A DNA stretch of 64,000 bases from Eledone cirrhosa (Eukaryota): contig OZ024741.1 in NCBI GenBank assembly GCA_964016885.1, positions 165,912,001 to 165,976,000 on the forward strand. Direction: 5' to 3'. The stretch's first letter is position 1; every line of letters begins with the position of its first letter. The position numbers and the translations under genes were made by a program. This document shows, one piece after another, positions 27,993 to 40,792 of this stretch. Under the pieces are notes generated by a model. The model saw only the letters and a program-made list of their open reading frames with translations, searched no databases and was not told the origin of the DNA.

Positions 27993-30900
27993 TCATTTTT
28001 TTCTGTTTAGCCTTGGCCTTCTAAGTTCTATTTCGCTGGCCTCTCTGATTTGCCTATCTGCTGGGTCATTTCTATGTTTAGATATTCTAATTTCTATGTT
28101 GTCTATGTTACCGTCGTGTTGTTGTCTGGCATGTTCGTATAGTACTGAACCGTTTTTTCGTCCTTTTAGTTCCCCCCAGTGTTGGTCTATCCTTTCACCT
28201 ATGCTGCGAGCTGTCTCGCCTATGTATGTTGTTGTCATGTTTCTGCAAGTACCCTCTGTACATCTTATGCTATAGACTACGTTTCTAGTTTTACAGTTTA
28301 TCCGGGGGTTTACTTTACATATAATACATTTCCTATTAGTACAGTGGGTTTTCTTAAAAGGGTAGGTTTTGCTGATCAGAGATTTTATGGTGGTTCCTGG
28401 CTTCTCTACCACCTTAATCTTTAAGTGGGTCTTTTTCAGGGCCTTTCTACACTGGTTAGCTAATTTCTCTCCAGGGGTAGCGTCCACAAACATGACACTC
28501 TGGTATCTCTGGTTGTCGTACCATGAGGTGGCTTTCCCTATCTTATGTCTAGTCCTTACTAAGCTACTCCATGATTTGCTCCTGTATAATGGGCAAATTC
28601 CTTTCATGTCCAGTTCTATGAGGGTCTTATACTTCTCCGCGGCTCCTTCGTATACTCTGATTCTGTCTCTTTGGTTGTAGCCAGAGAACTGCGTGCGGTT
28701 GATGAAGTGTTGGATGTGTCTTTCCATTTCTGTTGGGTCGCACATGCGGGACACGTTCTTCATCACTCGTACCAAGTCTGCGATCAGAATATTAAACTTA
28801 GCACTACTGGCCATTGCTGAGACTTTGAGTATCAGGTATTTGGAGGCCATGGGTTTAGCATAGTGTGAGTGGAGAATTTGGGCTCTCTCGTCTATAGTGT
28901 TAATCCAGAGTACCGGGTCTAATACAGGTAGTCTATTGTTAGGGTGTTTGGAAGGGTAGTCGATAGTTACAGTTATACTCTGGTGTATGGAATTAGCTAT
29001 CTGCTGGATGCTTTCCATTGTGCTACGTTCTAAATCGAACTTGTTAGTACTCTCTTGTGGGGATGTCCTTATTACTATATTGATGTCGTCTGCGTAACGA
29101 GAGTACATGATGATGTCTATGGAGCTCTCATCAAGGAGATCTTTGAGTCTCCTTTCCCACCATACCATAAAAAGGTTGGCAAACGTCACCAGCTATGCTG
29201 ACGCCAATGGCTGCTCCCTCATTTTGGGTGTAGATTTTCTCGTTGAATTTGAATATGTGGCCCTTGAGGGTAGTTTTGATACTAGCCCCTATTGCATGTG
29301 CGACCATTTTTATTACCTGATCATTGTTTTGGGGGATCCGTATAGCTTTAGTCCACCCAATCCACCTTCCCATGGGAGTCTTTTTTGCCATTGAGGTTAT
29401 GGTGGGGGGGTCTACCTCTTATGGGTCTACTGGGGCAGAAACGTCTAAGGTCATGGCTGTCTAGGTAGTCAGTGTCATAGGTATGTCTAAGTAGGAGACC
29501 CAGTTCGTCTGTGTCGACGTCGCAGAACTCCACCTTACTCTCAATGATCATCTCCACACATTTTTCCACAGCAAAATCAATGTTAATGGATGGGTACAGT
29601 GATACCACATTCATACTGCCTATTATGCAGTTGGATAGGTTCCTGTTTTTGTTGCACTCACTGATTCTGCTGAGGAGGACCTCTGTACTGTCACATACAT
29701 CTGGGACATCTTATTATGGGGCGTATAACCATTGAGAGGAAGTAGGAGATCCTGTAGTTGCTAGCTATATTTGCTCCGCATACAGGTCTTGTTGGTGGTC
29801 CTGTTGTCGGGTCGTCGACTGTCTTGTGGTCTTTGCGGAGCCCATACAAGGGTGGTATGCCATTGTTAGACGCCTGGAAGTTGTTGGCAGTGCGTCTGCT
29901 TGGCTTTAGGATGTCGGTCCACATCATCATGTGAGTGTTGAGGATTTTCTCTCTCCCATCATGTATTTGCTGTGCAATTTCGCTCGTGTTGGTGATGTAG
30001 GGTTGCATAGCCTTGATGTAGTTCGGCATGCTGTCTATTGACATACTACCAGACTTATCCGTGGGTAGACACACTACCTCACCATCCCTTGTGCGTTGCT
30101 TGAGGCTAACCAAGCCTTCTACAGGTTTCCTCCTAAGTTGTTGGGCCTCTGGTCTGCTCTGTCTCTTAGTATATCGGTCTACTATTTGTCTAATCTTATT
30201 TCTAGCTATGGTGAACTGTGCCTCTGTCTCGTCATCTATTTGTTGTGGTATGCAAACCCTTTTATTAAAGGGTAACCTCGTAGGATAGATATTACCCATC
30301 TTATATGTTTTGTCAGCTGGGTTGAAGAATAGTTTCTCTAAGGGGATGTCATTATATCTATCGTCATAGTTGTGAGTGTTGCTATTATTGTTATTATGGT
30401 GGTTGTTGTTGTTCCTATCATTAGCACTATTATTATTGTTATGGTTGCTAGATGTATTGTTGCTGTGATTGTTAGATGTATTGTTGTTGTTTTCTCCACC
30501 GTTATTGTTGTTGTTACTGTTATTTCTACCATTGTGGTTGTTACTTTTATTATGTTTCTTGTTATGTTATTATGTTGCTACATATATTATTTCTATTATT
30601 ACCACTGTGGTTGTTGTTGTTACTCGTATTGTTATCATTATTATTACTGTGGTCGCTGCTGCTGTGTCTATCGTTAATGTTTCTATTATTATTATTATTA
30701 TTGTGGTTGTTGTTGTTGTTGTTGTTCTGTCTATCGTTAATATTATTACCATTATTATTATTACAATTTCTCACTCTCCTGTTATTGTTATGACTATTAC
30801 TATTATAGCTATTATTTCTATACTCAGAGTTATTGTTTATATTACTACTATCGTTATTATTGTTGTTGCTGTCCGTATAGTTGTTGTTGTTGTTTACTTT

Positions 30901-31609
30901 TGCATTCCAACGTATTCTTGTGAAACACTTTTCCAGCTCTTTTTGTAGATAGCAAATTTTGGTGGTAGCTGCAGGATTTGTTGTTCTTGTTCACTGATTA
31001 AAGTGTTCCTATAAATATTTACTGTGTGGTCATTGGTAAATTCTTCCGGTAGTTCTACATCAGTCATCGGATATTGTTGATGTTATCTGGGTATTTTTGT
31101 GAATATTCTATTTTTCTTTTTTCTAGTTTTTCTTATTCATCCATTCTAATTTCTTATTGAAATGCCTATTGCATTCGTGTTTTGGCGTATTTCGTTTCAC
31201 GTCGGATGACGCTCATGAAGTCATCCCTTTCGTTTGGTGTGGTGAGATTTCGGACTTCCTTACCGTTAATGCGTTTCTGTCTGTAAAGTTCGTTAACTTT
31301 TGTGTATGTTGTTCTTTTCATATTAACTGTTATTGTGTGTTTTAGTCGTTCAGCTTGTGTTTTGTTCAATAATAAATTATTTGCTTGTTTTGATATGTTT
31401 GTTGTGTATGTTTTGGAGGAAACACAGTGTTTTAAGAAGCGGATTTGTTCTGTTGTTATTGTAGTTCTTATATAACAGAAAACAGTGTCTTTCAATACCC
31501 TTTCAGCTTGGCACAAGCTAATGCCATAACAGCGATGAATTAGTTTTGCGAGGTTTTTGATATGAAATCGTGTGTCGAAACAAATATTGTTATACTTGGG
31601 GAGGGTCAT
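27993..31609 (-). pseudogene. Frameshifted Penelope polyprotein: N-terminal domain, Asn-rich linker, RT, C-terminal GIY-YIG endonuclease
   Basis: Fragments: PTDKSG, PPLYGLRKDHK..PPTRPV, MNVVSLYPSI, QNEGAAIG, YSRYADDI, NVVYSIRC..YIGETARSIGERIDQH; several frameshifts. Confidence 0.9.
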
Positions 31610-31762
31610 ATTTGTGTAATAATATTGCCAGAATTAACACACTCACTGTTTGGTTGGTTTTCGCTTCTGTGTCGGTTAATTTAATTTATTCGGTCCTCAA
31701 TGTTATCATTGACTGACCAACGGTCTAAAATACAGATACAATATAGACACAAACACATATAT

Positions 31763-31816
31763 ATAGTCTAACAAAGTTCTTTCGTTGCACATCTGCAACA
31801 TCGTCAGTGGTGCTAT
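31763..31816 (-). ncRNA. Minimal hammerhead in the 5' pLTR
   Basis: RC: ATAG-CAC-CA-CTGACGA-T-GTTGCA-GATG-TGCAAC-GAAA-GAAC-TT-TG..CTAT; perfect 6-bp stem II, weak stems I and III. Confidence 0.65.
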
Positions 31817-32634
31817 TATGTTTCCTCCCGTTGTATTGTATGCCTACGCCATCTTTATTTAGTCTGTTTATTTATTTATTTATTTTTTTTTTTGTCTTCT
31901 CTGCGCATGCGTTTGCGTGTGTGTATAGTGTTTTGTTTGATGTGTGTTCGTGTTTGGGTGACTGTGTATTGGTTATTGTATTCTATCTTAGTTTACTAGT
32001 GTGTGTTTATATGTGTTTGTTGTTATTGTGCTTGTGTATTTATTTATTTATTTATTTATACTTCCCTTAGGTCAGTGTTGTTTGTTTGGGTGTTTTTGTT
32101 ATTCCATTCATTTTTTTTTCTGTTTAGCCTTGGCCTTCTAAGTTCTATTTCGCTGGCCTCTCTGATTTGCCTATCTGCTGGGTCATTTCTATGTTTAGAT
32201 ATTCTAATTTCTATGTTGTCTATGTTACCGTCGTGTTGTTGTCTGGCATGTTCGTATAGTACTGAACCGTTTTTTCGTCCTTTTAGTTCCCCCCAGTGTT
32301 GGTCTATCCTTTCACCTATGTTGCGAGCTGTCTCGCCTATGTATGTTGTTGTCATGTTTCTGCAAGTACCCCTGTACATCTTATGCTATAGACTACGTTT
32401 CTAGTTTTACAGTTTATCCGGGCGTTTACTTTACATATAATACATTTCCTATTAGTACAGTGGGTTTTCTTAAAAGGGTAGGTTTTGCTGATCAGAGATT
32501 TTATGGTGGTTTCTGGCTTTTCTACCACCTTAATTTTTAAGTGGGTCTTTCTCAGGGCCTTTCTACACTGGTTAGCTAATTTCCCTCCAGGAGTAGCGTC
32601 CACAATATATATATATATATATATATATGTTGGC

Positions 32635-32678
<44 letters not shown>

Positions 32679-32991
32679 TATAATAGATATATGATAAAAT
32701 AATATATATATATAATTATTATATATATAATAATATATATATAAAATTTGCTCCGAAAGAATTGCATGTGTCCGAAGGAACCTGTAGCCGTAGAATCAGC
32801 CGGATCCATACAGTCATCATGTCTCGAGCTACCTACCGGCGAAACAATTGTAACACGCAATAAACTGAGTCGAGATGCATCACTGATTTTTCGTTTTTTT
32901 ATACTATTCACACTCTGCTCTGTAAGAATATTGAGTGCTAATTTTGGCATACCGCCTATGGAAGCACCATAGCTACCATTATACACACGTA

Positions 32992-33046
<55 letters not shown>

Positions 33047-33050
<4 letters not shown>

Positions 33051-33920
33051 CCGTCCTAACCACCATCCTAAACCTTGTTTTTAATAATCACACAGTTCCT
33101 TTCGTTTCATAACTTTTTGTATTTACCGCTGTGATTCTACCTGCTTTGGTCCATCTGTATTCCCTCCACACTTTCGCATCGACCCTCGCTTCTCTCTTCC
33201 CTTCTTCTCCTGACTCGTTTTTTTCTTCTCTCCCTCTCACTCTCTATCCATCCGTTCGGTTTTGATTGTTGACATGTTTACACGTGCCGTGGTGGCCTCT
33301 CTGTTCGCAATCTTTGCGGCACGTTTTTACCACCGTCGTAAAAAAAACCCTTCTGGATTATCTCTCTTTCCATTCTCCTCACTTCTGGTTGCCCGTGTCT
33401 CTCTCACTTTCTCCTTTCTATGTGAGAGGCAGCACGATTATACCAGCTCTGAGTCGTAGCTGACCACCAGGCTAAAGTCTCCCAGGTTGGCCATAACTTA
33501 CTTTCCCGATTTTTCCACGGTTACTTTTTTGCATGTTTCTTTCACCTGTGACTTCCCACGATGGGATCTGTATACTTTTTTCTCCTATTCCTTTCCTATT
33601 TTTTCCCCTTTTCCCTTCGCCCTTTCTTCCTCTCTCCTCATCTCCACCCCTGTTCTTCCTCCTTTCCTTCTCTTTCCTTTTCTCCCCTTTTTTTCTCATT
33701 TTCTCTCTCCTTTTCCACCTGGCCTTTTGATTAATAAAAGGCCTCGGGCGTACCCGAACTACACCGATGTCCTGTAATTCAGCGCCGAAACATCGGTTCG
33801 GGAAACATTTACAGCTGACGATGGAAACTCCTATCTTCCTTTCTCCTCTTATTCCGTCCTAACCACCATCCTAAACCTTGTTTTTAGTAACCACACAGCT
33901 CCTTTCGTTTCATAACTCTT

Positions 33921-33922
<2 letters not shown>
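33047..33922 (+). mobile_element. Non-coding ~803-nt-period element with ~70-bp terminal direct repeat, inserted in (TA)n; carries the reordered hammerhead-like motif
   Basis: 33049-33119 repeats at 33852-33922; 5'-truncated second copy at 48131-48695. Confidence 0.8.
33711..33827 (+). ncRNA. Non-canonically ordered (NUH, GAAA, CUGACGA) hammerhead-like RNA
   Basis: ACCGATGT-C-CTGTAA..GCGCC-GAA-ACATCGGT..TTACAG-CTGACGA-TGGAAA; see findings. Confidence 0.65.
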
Positions 33923-33977
<55 letters not shown>

Positions 33978-34069
33978 AGTCGTACGGTATTGTTCAACTC
34001 GAGACAATTGTAGAATATCTGGGCAGTATTCAACGCATATCTAGGTGGTGTGTGGTAGGATAATAGTAC

Positions 34070-34242
34070 AATAATTGTTTCTAGTTTTTGGCACAAGGCC
34101 AGCAATTATCCCAGTGTATTACTGCTACTTTATTTTATCGACCCCGTAAGGATGAAAGGCAAAGTTAACCTCGGCGGGATTTGAAATCAGAATGGAAAGG
34201 GCCGTAACTCTATGCTGCAAAGCATGGTATCAGACCCTCTAA
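34070..34242 (-). mobile_element. tRNA-derived SINE
   Basis: Family core and B box. Confidence 0.85.
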
Positions 34243-34259
34243 CTATACAACAATAATGG

Positions 34260-34305
<46 letters not shown>

Positions 34306-34447
34306 GTATGTATATAGTGTATATATATATGTATGTATATTTAGGGTAGCTATAGATGAGATGGTGAATAGACTGTTTGGAGCAATAACGGTCTTATTTA
34401 CATATATATATGTGTGTGTGTGTGTGTGTGTCTGTGTTTGTGTGTCT

Positions 34448-34496
<49 letters not shown>

Positions 34497-34841
34497 AAGA
34501 AAAATATAAATTTCGAGAAAAGTATTTTTTCATAACGAAAAAAACCGAAACATTTTTTCTTTATTTCCTCTATGAATATATCATAGAGTTGTCAGTATAT
34601 TCTGAGAATATCAGGCAACGCTGTTTCAAGAACACACTGGCATGAAATAAACAATAGTCTATATAGAATTTTGCGTGATATTCACTTGCTGAAATTGTTC
34701 ATTTGCATAAAGCAAATAGAGAACATCAGCTGGGAATGATCATTTACATACAGTGCAAGCTCCGCTCGGTATATTTAATTGACGGTATGACAGCTTTTAA
34801 GCATAATAAAAGTGTAGAGGTATATATGAAGACATAAATAA

Positions 34842-34924
<83 letters not shown>

Positions 34925-35010
34925 CCACCCCACCCCACCCACCCCACACACACATATATATATATATATATAGCCACTCTACATCTCCCCATGTATCGAG
35001 TACTCAGCAC

Positions 35011-35129
<119 letters not shown>

Positions 35130-35807
35130 TATATAAATATATATATATATGCATATATATATATACATGTATGTATGTGAATGTGTATGTATGTATGTAT
35201 GTATGTATGTATGTATATGTGTTTGTGTTGGTGTGTGAGTATATGTGTGTGTATGTGTGTCTAAACAATTACACATTGATATCAGGTACACATGGAGTTT
35301 TGTGTGATGACTAGGAGAAGGTAATCTGCTTTTTTATAGAAACGATAATCTCGTGAGACTGAAATGAAGAGGTAAAATATAGAAAGAGAAAAGGAAAAAA
35401 AAGCAAGGAGAAGAAAGTAAGATATGTCAAAAATGTAATCCATTGAAATTATTGTGGGGAGAAAAATGAACATGTTCGTCACAGTTTAATAATAATATGC
35501 TTAGGATAATTAACAAAGAGAAGACAACCAACGGAAACATGTTTTTAAAGAGGAAAATCTTTAAAAAAATTTTGTTTGGAAACAAAAAGACAAACGAAAG
35601 ACATAGAACTTCAAGGTCTTCAGCCGTTGAGATGAATGTTAGCAGTTTCGAACCCTACGAAAGGTATTGCTGGTCCAGCCAGGCTCACAGTGTCTGACAA
35701 ACAAGCCAAATACATTTCAAAGACTTCTATACTGATTTCTAGCGTTGCCACAAATTTATAGGGAGAGCTGCGAAAAAGAGAAAGAGAAAAGAGAGAGAGA
35801 GAGAGAG

Positions 35808-35899
<92 letters not shown>

Positions 35900-36211
35900 G
35901 AGTGAGAGAGAGAGATGAAAGAGGGGAAAGAGAAAGAGTGGTGTGGTTGATGTAATGACTGGTACGTATTTTATTCATCCAATAATGATGAAGTCAGACG
36001 ACAGGGACATAACTAAACAACGGTAGGAACTCTACTACTTCTACTTTCCATTATACTCGAGGACTTCCATATTAATTAATTCTGGGAGCGAGGAAGGTAT
36101 CTTCAAACTGGAGATCTGGAAATTAAGTCTACCACCAAAAGGTGGGATTATCATTCAGAACGTAAAGACCTGGAACAAATACCACAAGGCATCTCGTCCG
36201 ATGCTCTGAAT

Positions 36212-36522
36212 CAGTCATGGGCAACAAGCGACCCGCGAAGCTTTCTGAATGGCTCGCCTAAGTCGCCTAAGTCACCTAACTGAAATGTTTTGGGTAAAAA
36301 GTGATCTTTTTACCCAAACATTTCAGTCGTAATTTATCTTTCTATCATTTTTACGATCGAAGAAAACAACGTGTTCGAATTCTGAAGAAACAAATCAAAA
36401 CAACCTGAGTTACCGCCCTTTTTTTTTAATGTGGGCACGAATGTAAATTAGCGCTTGCGGCCCGCCTGATGATGAGCCATATCTCATGCGGCCCGCTTTT
36501 CGAAAAAGGTTGCTATGCCTGC
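36212..36522. mobile_element. hAT-type MITE; second copy ~38387-38675
   Basis: TIR-like CAGTCATGGGCAAC / GTTGCTATGCCTG, subterminal GCGGCCCGC; the two copies are closely similar. Confidence 0.7.
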
Positions 36523-36858
36523 TCTAAATACTCACAATGCATCACACTTGATTATTACCTTATTTTATTGCCCACGAAAGGATGAAAGGCAAAGAAAACC
36601 TCGGCATGATTTGAACTTACTGCGCAGAGAGCTGGAACATCTTGCTTGCCCTCCTCTCCGCCGCCTCTTTATTTTGTGAAATTATTAATAAGCACAGAAG
36701 GGGGGCGAGTAAAGACAATGGAGGAAAACTAGATGTCAGGACTGTCAGGTCAAATGTAACATTAGTTATGTAATGTTCACGGCAGTGTAACAACCAGACA
36801 TAAAGTAGGTGAGTGTGCGATTGTGTGCATATTTCCAGACAGTATAACAACCAGACAT

Positions 36859-36934
<76 letters not shown>

Positions 36935-37236
36935 TGCGTATGTGTGTGCGTGCGTATGTGTGTGTGCGTGTATGTGTGTGTGCGTGTGTGAGCGCGTGTG
37001 TGTATGTGTGTGTGTGGCTATTTCAGTCATTTGTTACTCACCGTAGTCAACTTAAATGAAATCTATGTAACCTGTAATTTAATAAATTGCCTTGCTAATT
37101 AAGTTATAATAATGCATAATGTAATTAATGTAAATAATTAAATGTTAAACTATGTATGAGAGTTTCATCTTATTTGTCACATTCGTTCGCTGTAATCAAA
37201 TCTAGAAATCTTCTTCAATATCGTTGGTCACATCGT

Positions 37237-37555
37237 TAAGTCACGTGATATGTATCTCTCCAATCACCATCGCACATTTATGTCAGTCAACCAAACATTT
37301 GCAGCTAATCATTAAGTCACGTGACATAAATCTCTCCAATCACCATCGCACATTTATGTCAGTCAACCAAACATTTGCAGCTAATCATTAAGTCACGTGA
37401 CATAAATCTCTCCAATCACCATCGCACATTTATGTCAGTCAACCAAACATTTGCAGCTAATCATTAAGTCACGTGACATAAATCTATCCAATCACCATCG
37501 CACATTTATGACAGTCAACCAAACGTCACATGACATAATCTCTCCAATCACAATT
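37237..37555. repeat. 76-bp tandem repeat, about 4 copies
   Basis: TCACGTGA starts at 37241, 37317, 37393, 37469. Confidence 0.95.
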
Positions 37556-37606
37556 TTTCATTTATAGAACCAAATATATTATATTTATCAGCGAACAGAA
37601 GTATAT

Positions 37607-37963
37607 AATAATTGTTTCTACTTTTGGCACAAGGCCAGCAATTATCCCAGTACATTACTGGTACTTTATTTTATCGACCTCATAAGGATGAAAGGCAAAG
37701 TTGACCTCGTAAGGATTTGAACTCAGACTGTACAGGGCTGTAACTCTATGCTGCAATGCATGGCGTCCGGCCCTCTACTGATATTGCCAATGATATCGGA
37801 TTTAGGTACAAGGCCAACAATTTGGGGGGAGGGGAAAGTCGATGAAATCGATCCCAGTGCATTACTGGTACTTTATTTTATCGACACCATAAGGATGGGA
37901 GGCAAAGCTAACTTTGGCGGGATTTGAACTCAGAACATAAAGGGTCGTCACTCTATGCCGCAG
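37607..37963 (-). mobile_element. Two adjacent tRNA-derived SINEs
   Basis: Two family cores in tandem. Confidence 0.8.
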
Positions 37964-39232
37964 AAAATAGGATTAAAATAGGATTAAATTACTTACAGGA
38001 AGGGAGAAAAAGGATAAGCAAAAGGGAGAAAAGAACAATTAAATAATGAAAAAATGGAGGACGAGAGGGAAGAAATGGGAGAAGGCAAACTCTACATTCA
38101 CGTCTGTATTCTTCGGACAAGATGGCGTGAGCATTACCGCGGAGCATTGCCAGTGGCAATCGCAGGACCTACCATTCCATTCACGGTGAATCTATCTGAG
38201 GCGGGATGCACTCTACTCGATTTTGCGGAGAATGACCGGAAGCGGTTGGTAAAGTCTCGGTTTAGACGATGGATGTTTCATTTGTTCAGTCAACGAAACG
38301 GTCAACTCATTAAATTAACCGTGTAAGTGATTAAATGTTCTATAGACACGTGATAGACACGTGTATACTTAGCATGATTTACAACAATCATGGGAAACCT
38401 GCGGCTCGCGAGCCTTTCTGAATGGCTCGCCTAAGTCAACCTAAGTGAAATCTTTCTGATTTTTTTACCCCAATTGTCAGTCGTAATTTATCTTTCTATC
38501 ATTTTTACTATCGAGGAAAACAACGTGTACGAATTCTGAAGAAACAAATCAAAACAACCTGAGTTTCCACCCATTTTTTTTAATGTGGGCACGAATGTAA
38601 ATTAATCCTTGCGGCCCGCCTGATGATGAGCAATATCTCATGCAGTCCGCTTCTCGAAAAAAGTTGCCCATGCCTAAGTTACAATGTTCATTTGAATTAC
38701 AGGTACAACCCATCTGATGGGTTTCCATACTCTTTCCGTCTTCTTCACTTATAAGGCTTGGATTGACCCAAAGCTATTGTAAAAACACTTTCCCAAGATA
38801 CCTATTCAGTAGGATTGAAAACAGAACGTCATGATTGCGGTGCGAATTTCTTAACCATTGAAATATGCCAGCGTCTATGTAGACTTTAACTAATCAAGAT
38901 TCTACCTGTATTGACGAGAGCCAAATACTGGATCGATACTCAAGACATACAGGAGAAACAACTTTCAAACAATTGAAATGAGTTGATTACACAGCAATAC
39001 CAGTTATGATTAACGATGGGTGGTAGTTTCAATTTTCAGATCGGGTGACGCATTGTGTTCTTGATAATGTCACTTCATTTACTGTTCACTCACCTCAATT
39101 TGACTATCAGCTGAAGTTGGGGGCTAACTTTGTTACGAATTGATGTCCCGTCCAGGGAAAAATCTTGTATTCTCAGTCACTTAAAACCCATGAAACATAA
39201 ACTCTGAGCTTTGTTCAACCCGTGCAGACCTG

Positions 39233-39264
<32 letters not shown>

Positions 39265-39424
39265 TGACTAACTCATCAAGACATCTTTTTTTATGAAGTT
39301 GAAATCTGAAATCTCTCCTCAGCGCTACGCCATTGAGAAATTACTGGAACTAAAATCCCCGCGATATTTATTTGCACCCTTTTGTTACTATATTTCTAAT
39401 GAAAGACACTGCTTACTGTTTTCA

Positions 39425-39610
39425 TTGATTGCAGTATCGGTAGAGGGTCGGACGCCATGCTTCGACGCATAGAGTTACGGCCTTTCCATTCTGAGTTCAA
39501 ATCCTGCCATGGTTAACTTTGCCTTTTATCCTTACGGGGTCGATAAAATAAAATACCAGTAATGTACTGGGTAATTTCTGACCTTGTGCCACAAGTAGAA
39601 GCAATTATTT
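39425..39610 (+). mobile_element. tRNA-derived SINE
   Basis: Family core. Confidence 0.85.
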
Positions 39611-40187
39611 TGAAAACCAAGAAACCAACTTTCTCATTATTAAGACGGTATTTGGAATATAACTTAAAGGTTCTTACATAAAATTATGATGGAAGGGTTT
39701 TTACATAAATATAAACACTTTAAAACAGTTTTTCAGACCTGTCAACACTCCCCGTCCGATGGGTCTTTAGAGGTTGGCAGGTCTGGTTTTCTACAGCAGA
39801 AGAATAAGGAGCGGTTTCTGGCGGTTTAAAAATAATTTTAATCTGTGCCATAAAATGCTTCTAATTAAAATATCCACCTTTACTTCTCCACCAACAACAA
39901 CCAGTTTTTGATAATTTTGAATTAATGAAAGTATCAAGAAGCACATCATTAATTAATTGTGATGTGATTTTTAATGAAGACATGTATTTTTTTTAATGAA
40001 GACATATATTCTATTTTAAGTACCAATTCTTCATTTCAACAAGTCTCACACACTTGATAAAAGAATTATTAAGAATAGTGGAAATGGACTTCTTTAGAAT
40101 CATTCCTGCTTGTATGTATGTATGTATGTATGTATGTATGTATGTATGTATGTATGTATGTATGTATGTATGTATGTATGTATGTCA

Positions 40188-40792
40188 GGTCACCAGTTGG
40201 TGCTACTGGTAACATGTATCCCAGTACAACCTGTCTCATGGTCGAGTCGTTGGCGACTAAACTGGCAACCCCACTAAGGTTTCTTGGTGAGGAGGGTGAC
40301 TTTGGACATCCTGCAGGACTAAAAACAAAACCTGTCAAAGGGCAAAGGAGCTCTTAAGAGTTAATGGCCATCCAAAATCACCGGGAGAGATGACCCCTTA
40401 GCCTTTGTCAATGCAGAATTCTAGGAGAAGGAAAACTCTGATATAACACCTGCAACCCTGATGGTATCCAATGATGTTGACTTGTTCTTCTTTTTGGTAA
40501 ATATCATATTGGTTAAGAGAGTGGGACTGGGTTTGTGCAGTGCTTTTGCTCACTATAAAAGCTTCACGGCACAAGCATTGCTTTATATCTGGAGATCTCT
40601 CTGCACTTGTCGTCACATGGTACCATGGGCCCAGCACTATGTGTCAATAATTGTCACAGGTGTAGTGTTTGTACCAGAGTTTTCAAGTCGCTGGCTGGAC
40701 TAAAAAGTCACACTCGTTCAGCACATCGGAAGGGGTTCTCCTACATGGATATAAAGTAGTGGCCGTACTCGAAAACGAGTTGACAGCCATCA
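40188..40792 (+). mobile_element. RTE-associated non-autonomous element between (TATG)n tracts
   Basis: 5' end shared with 190-395 and 53775; ends CAGCCATCA-(TGTA)n. Confidence 0.65.

Noticed and set aside
36467-36490. CTGATGA followed by a hairpin (also at 38620)
   Set aside because: No GAAA or NUH with pairing; lies in the subterminal region of a hAT MITE
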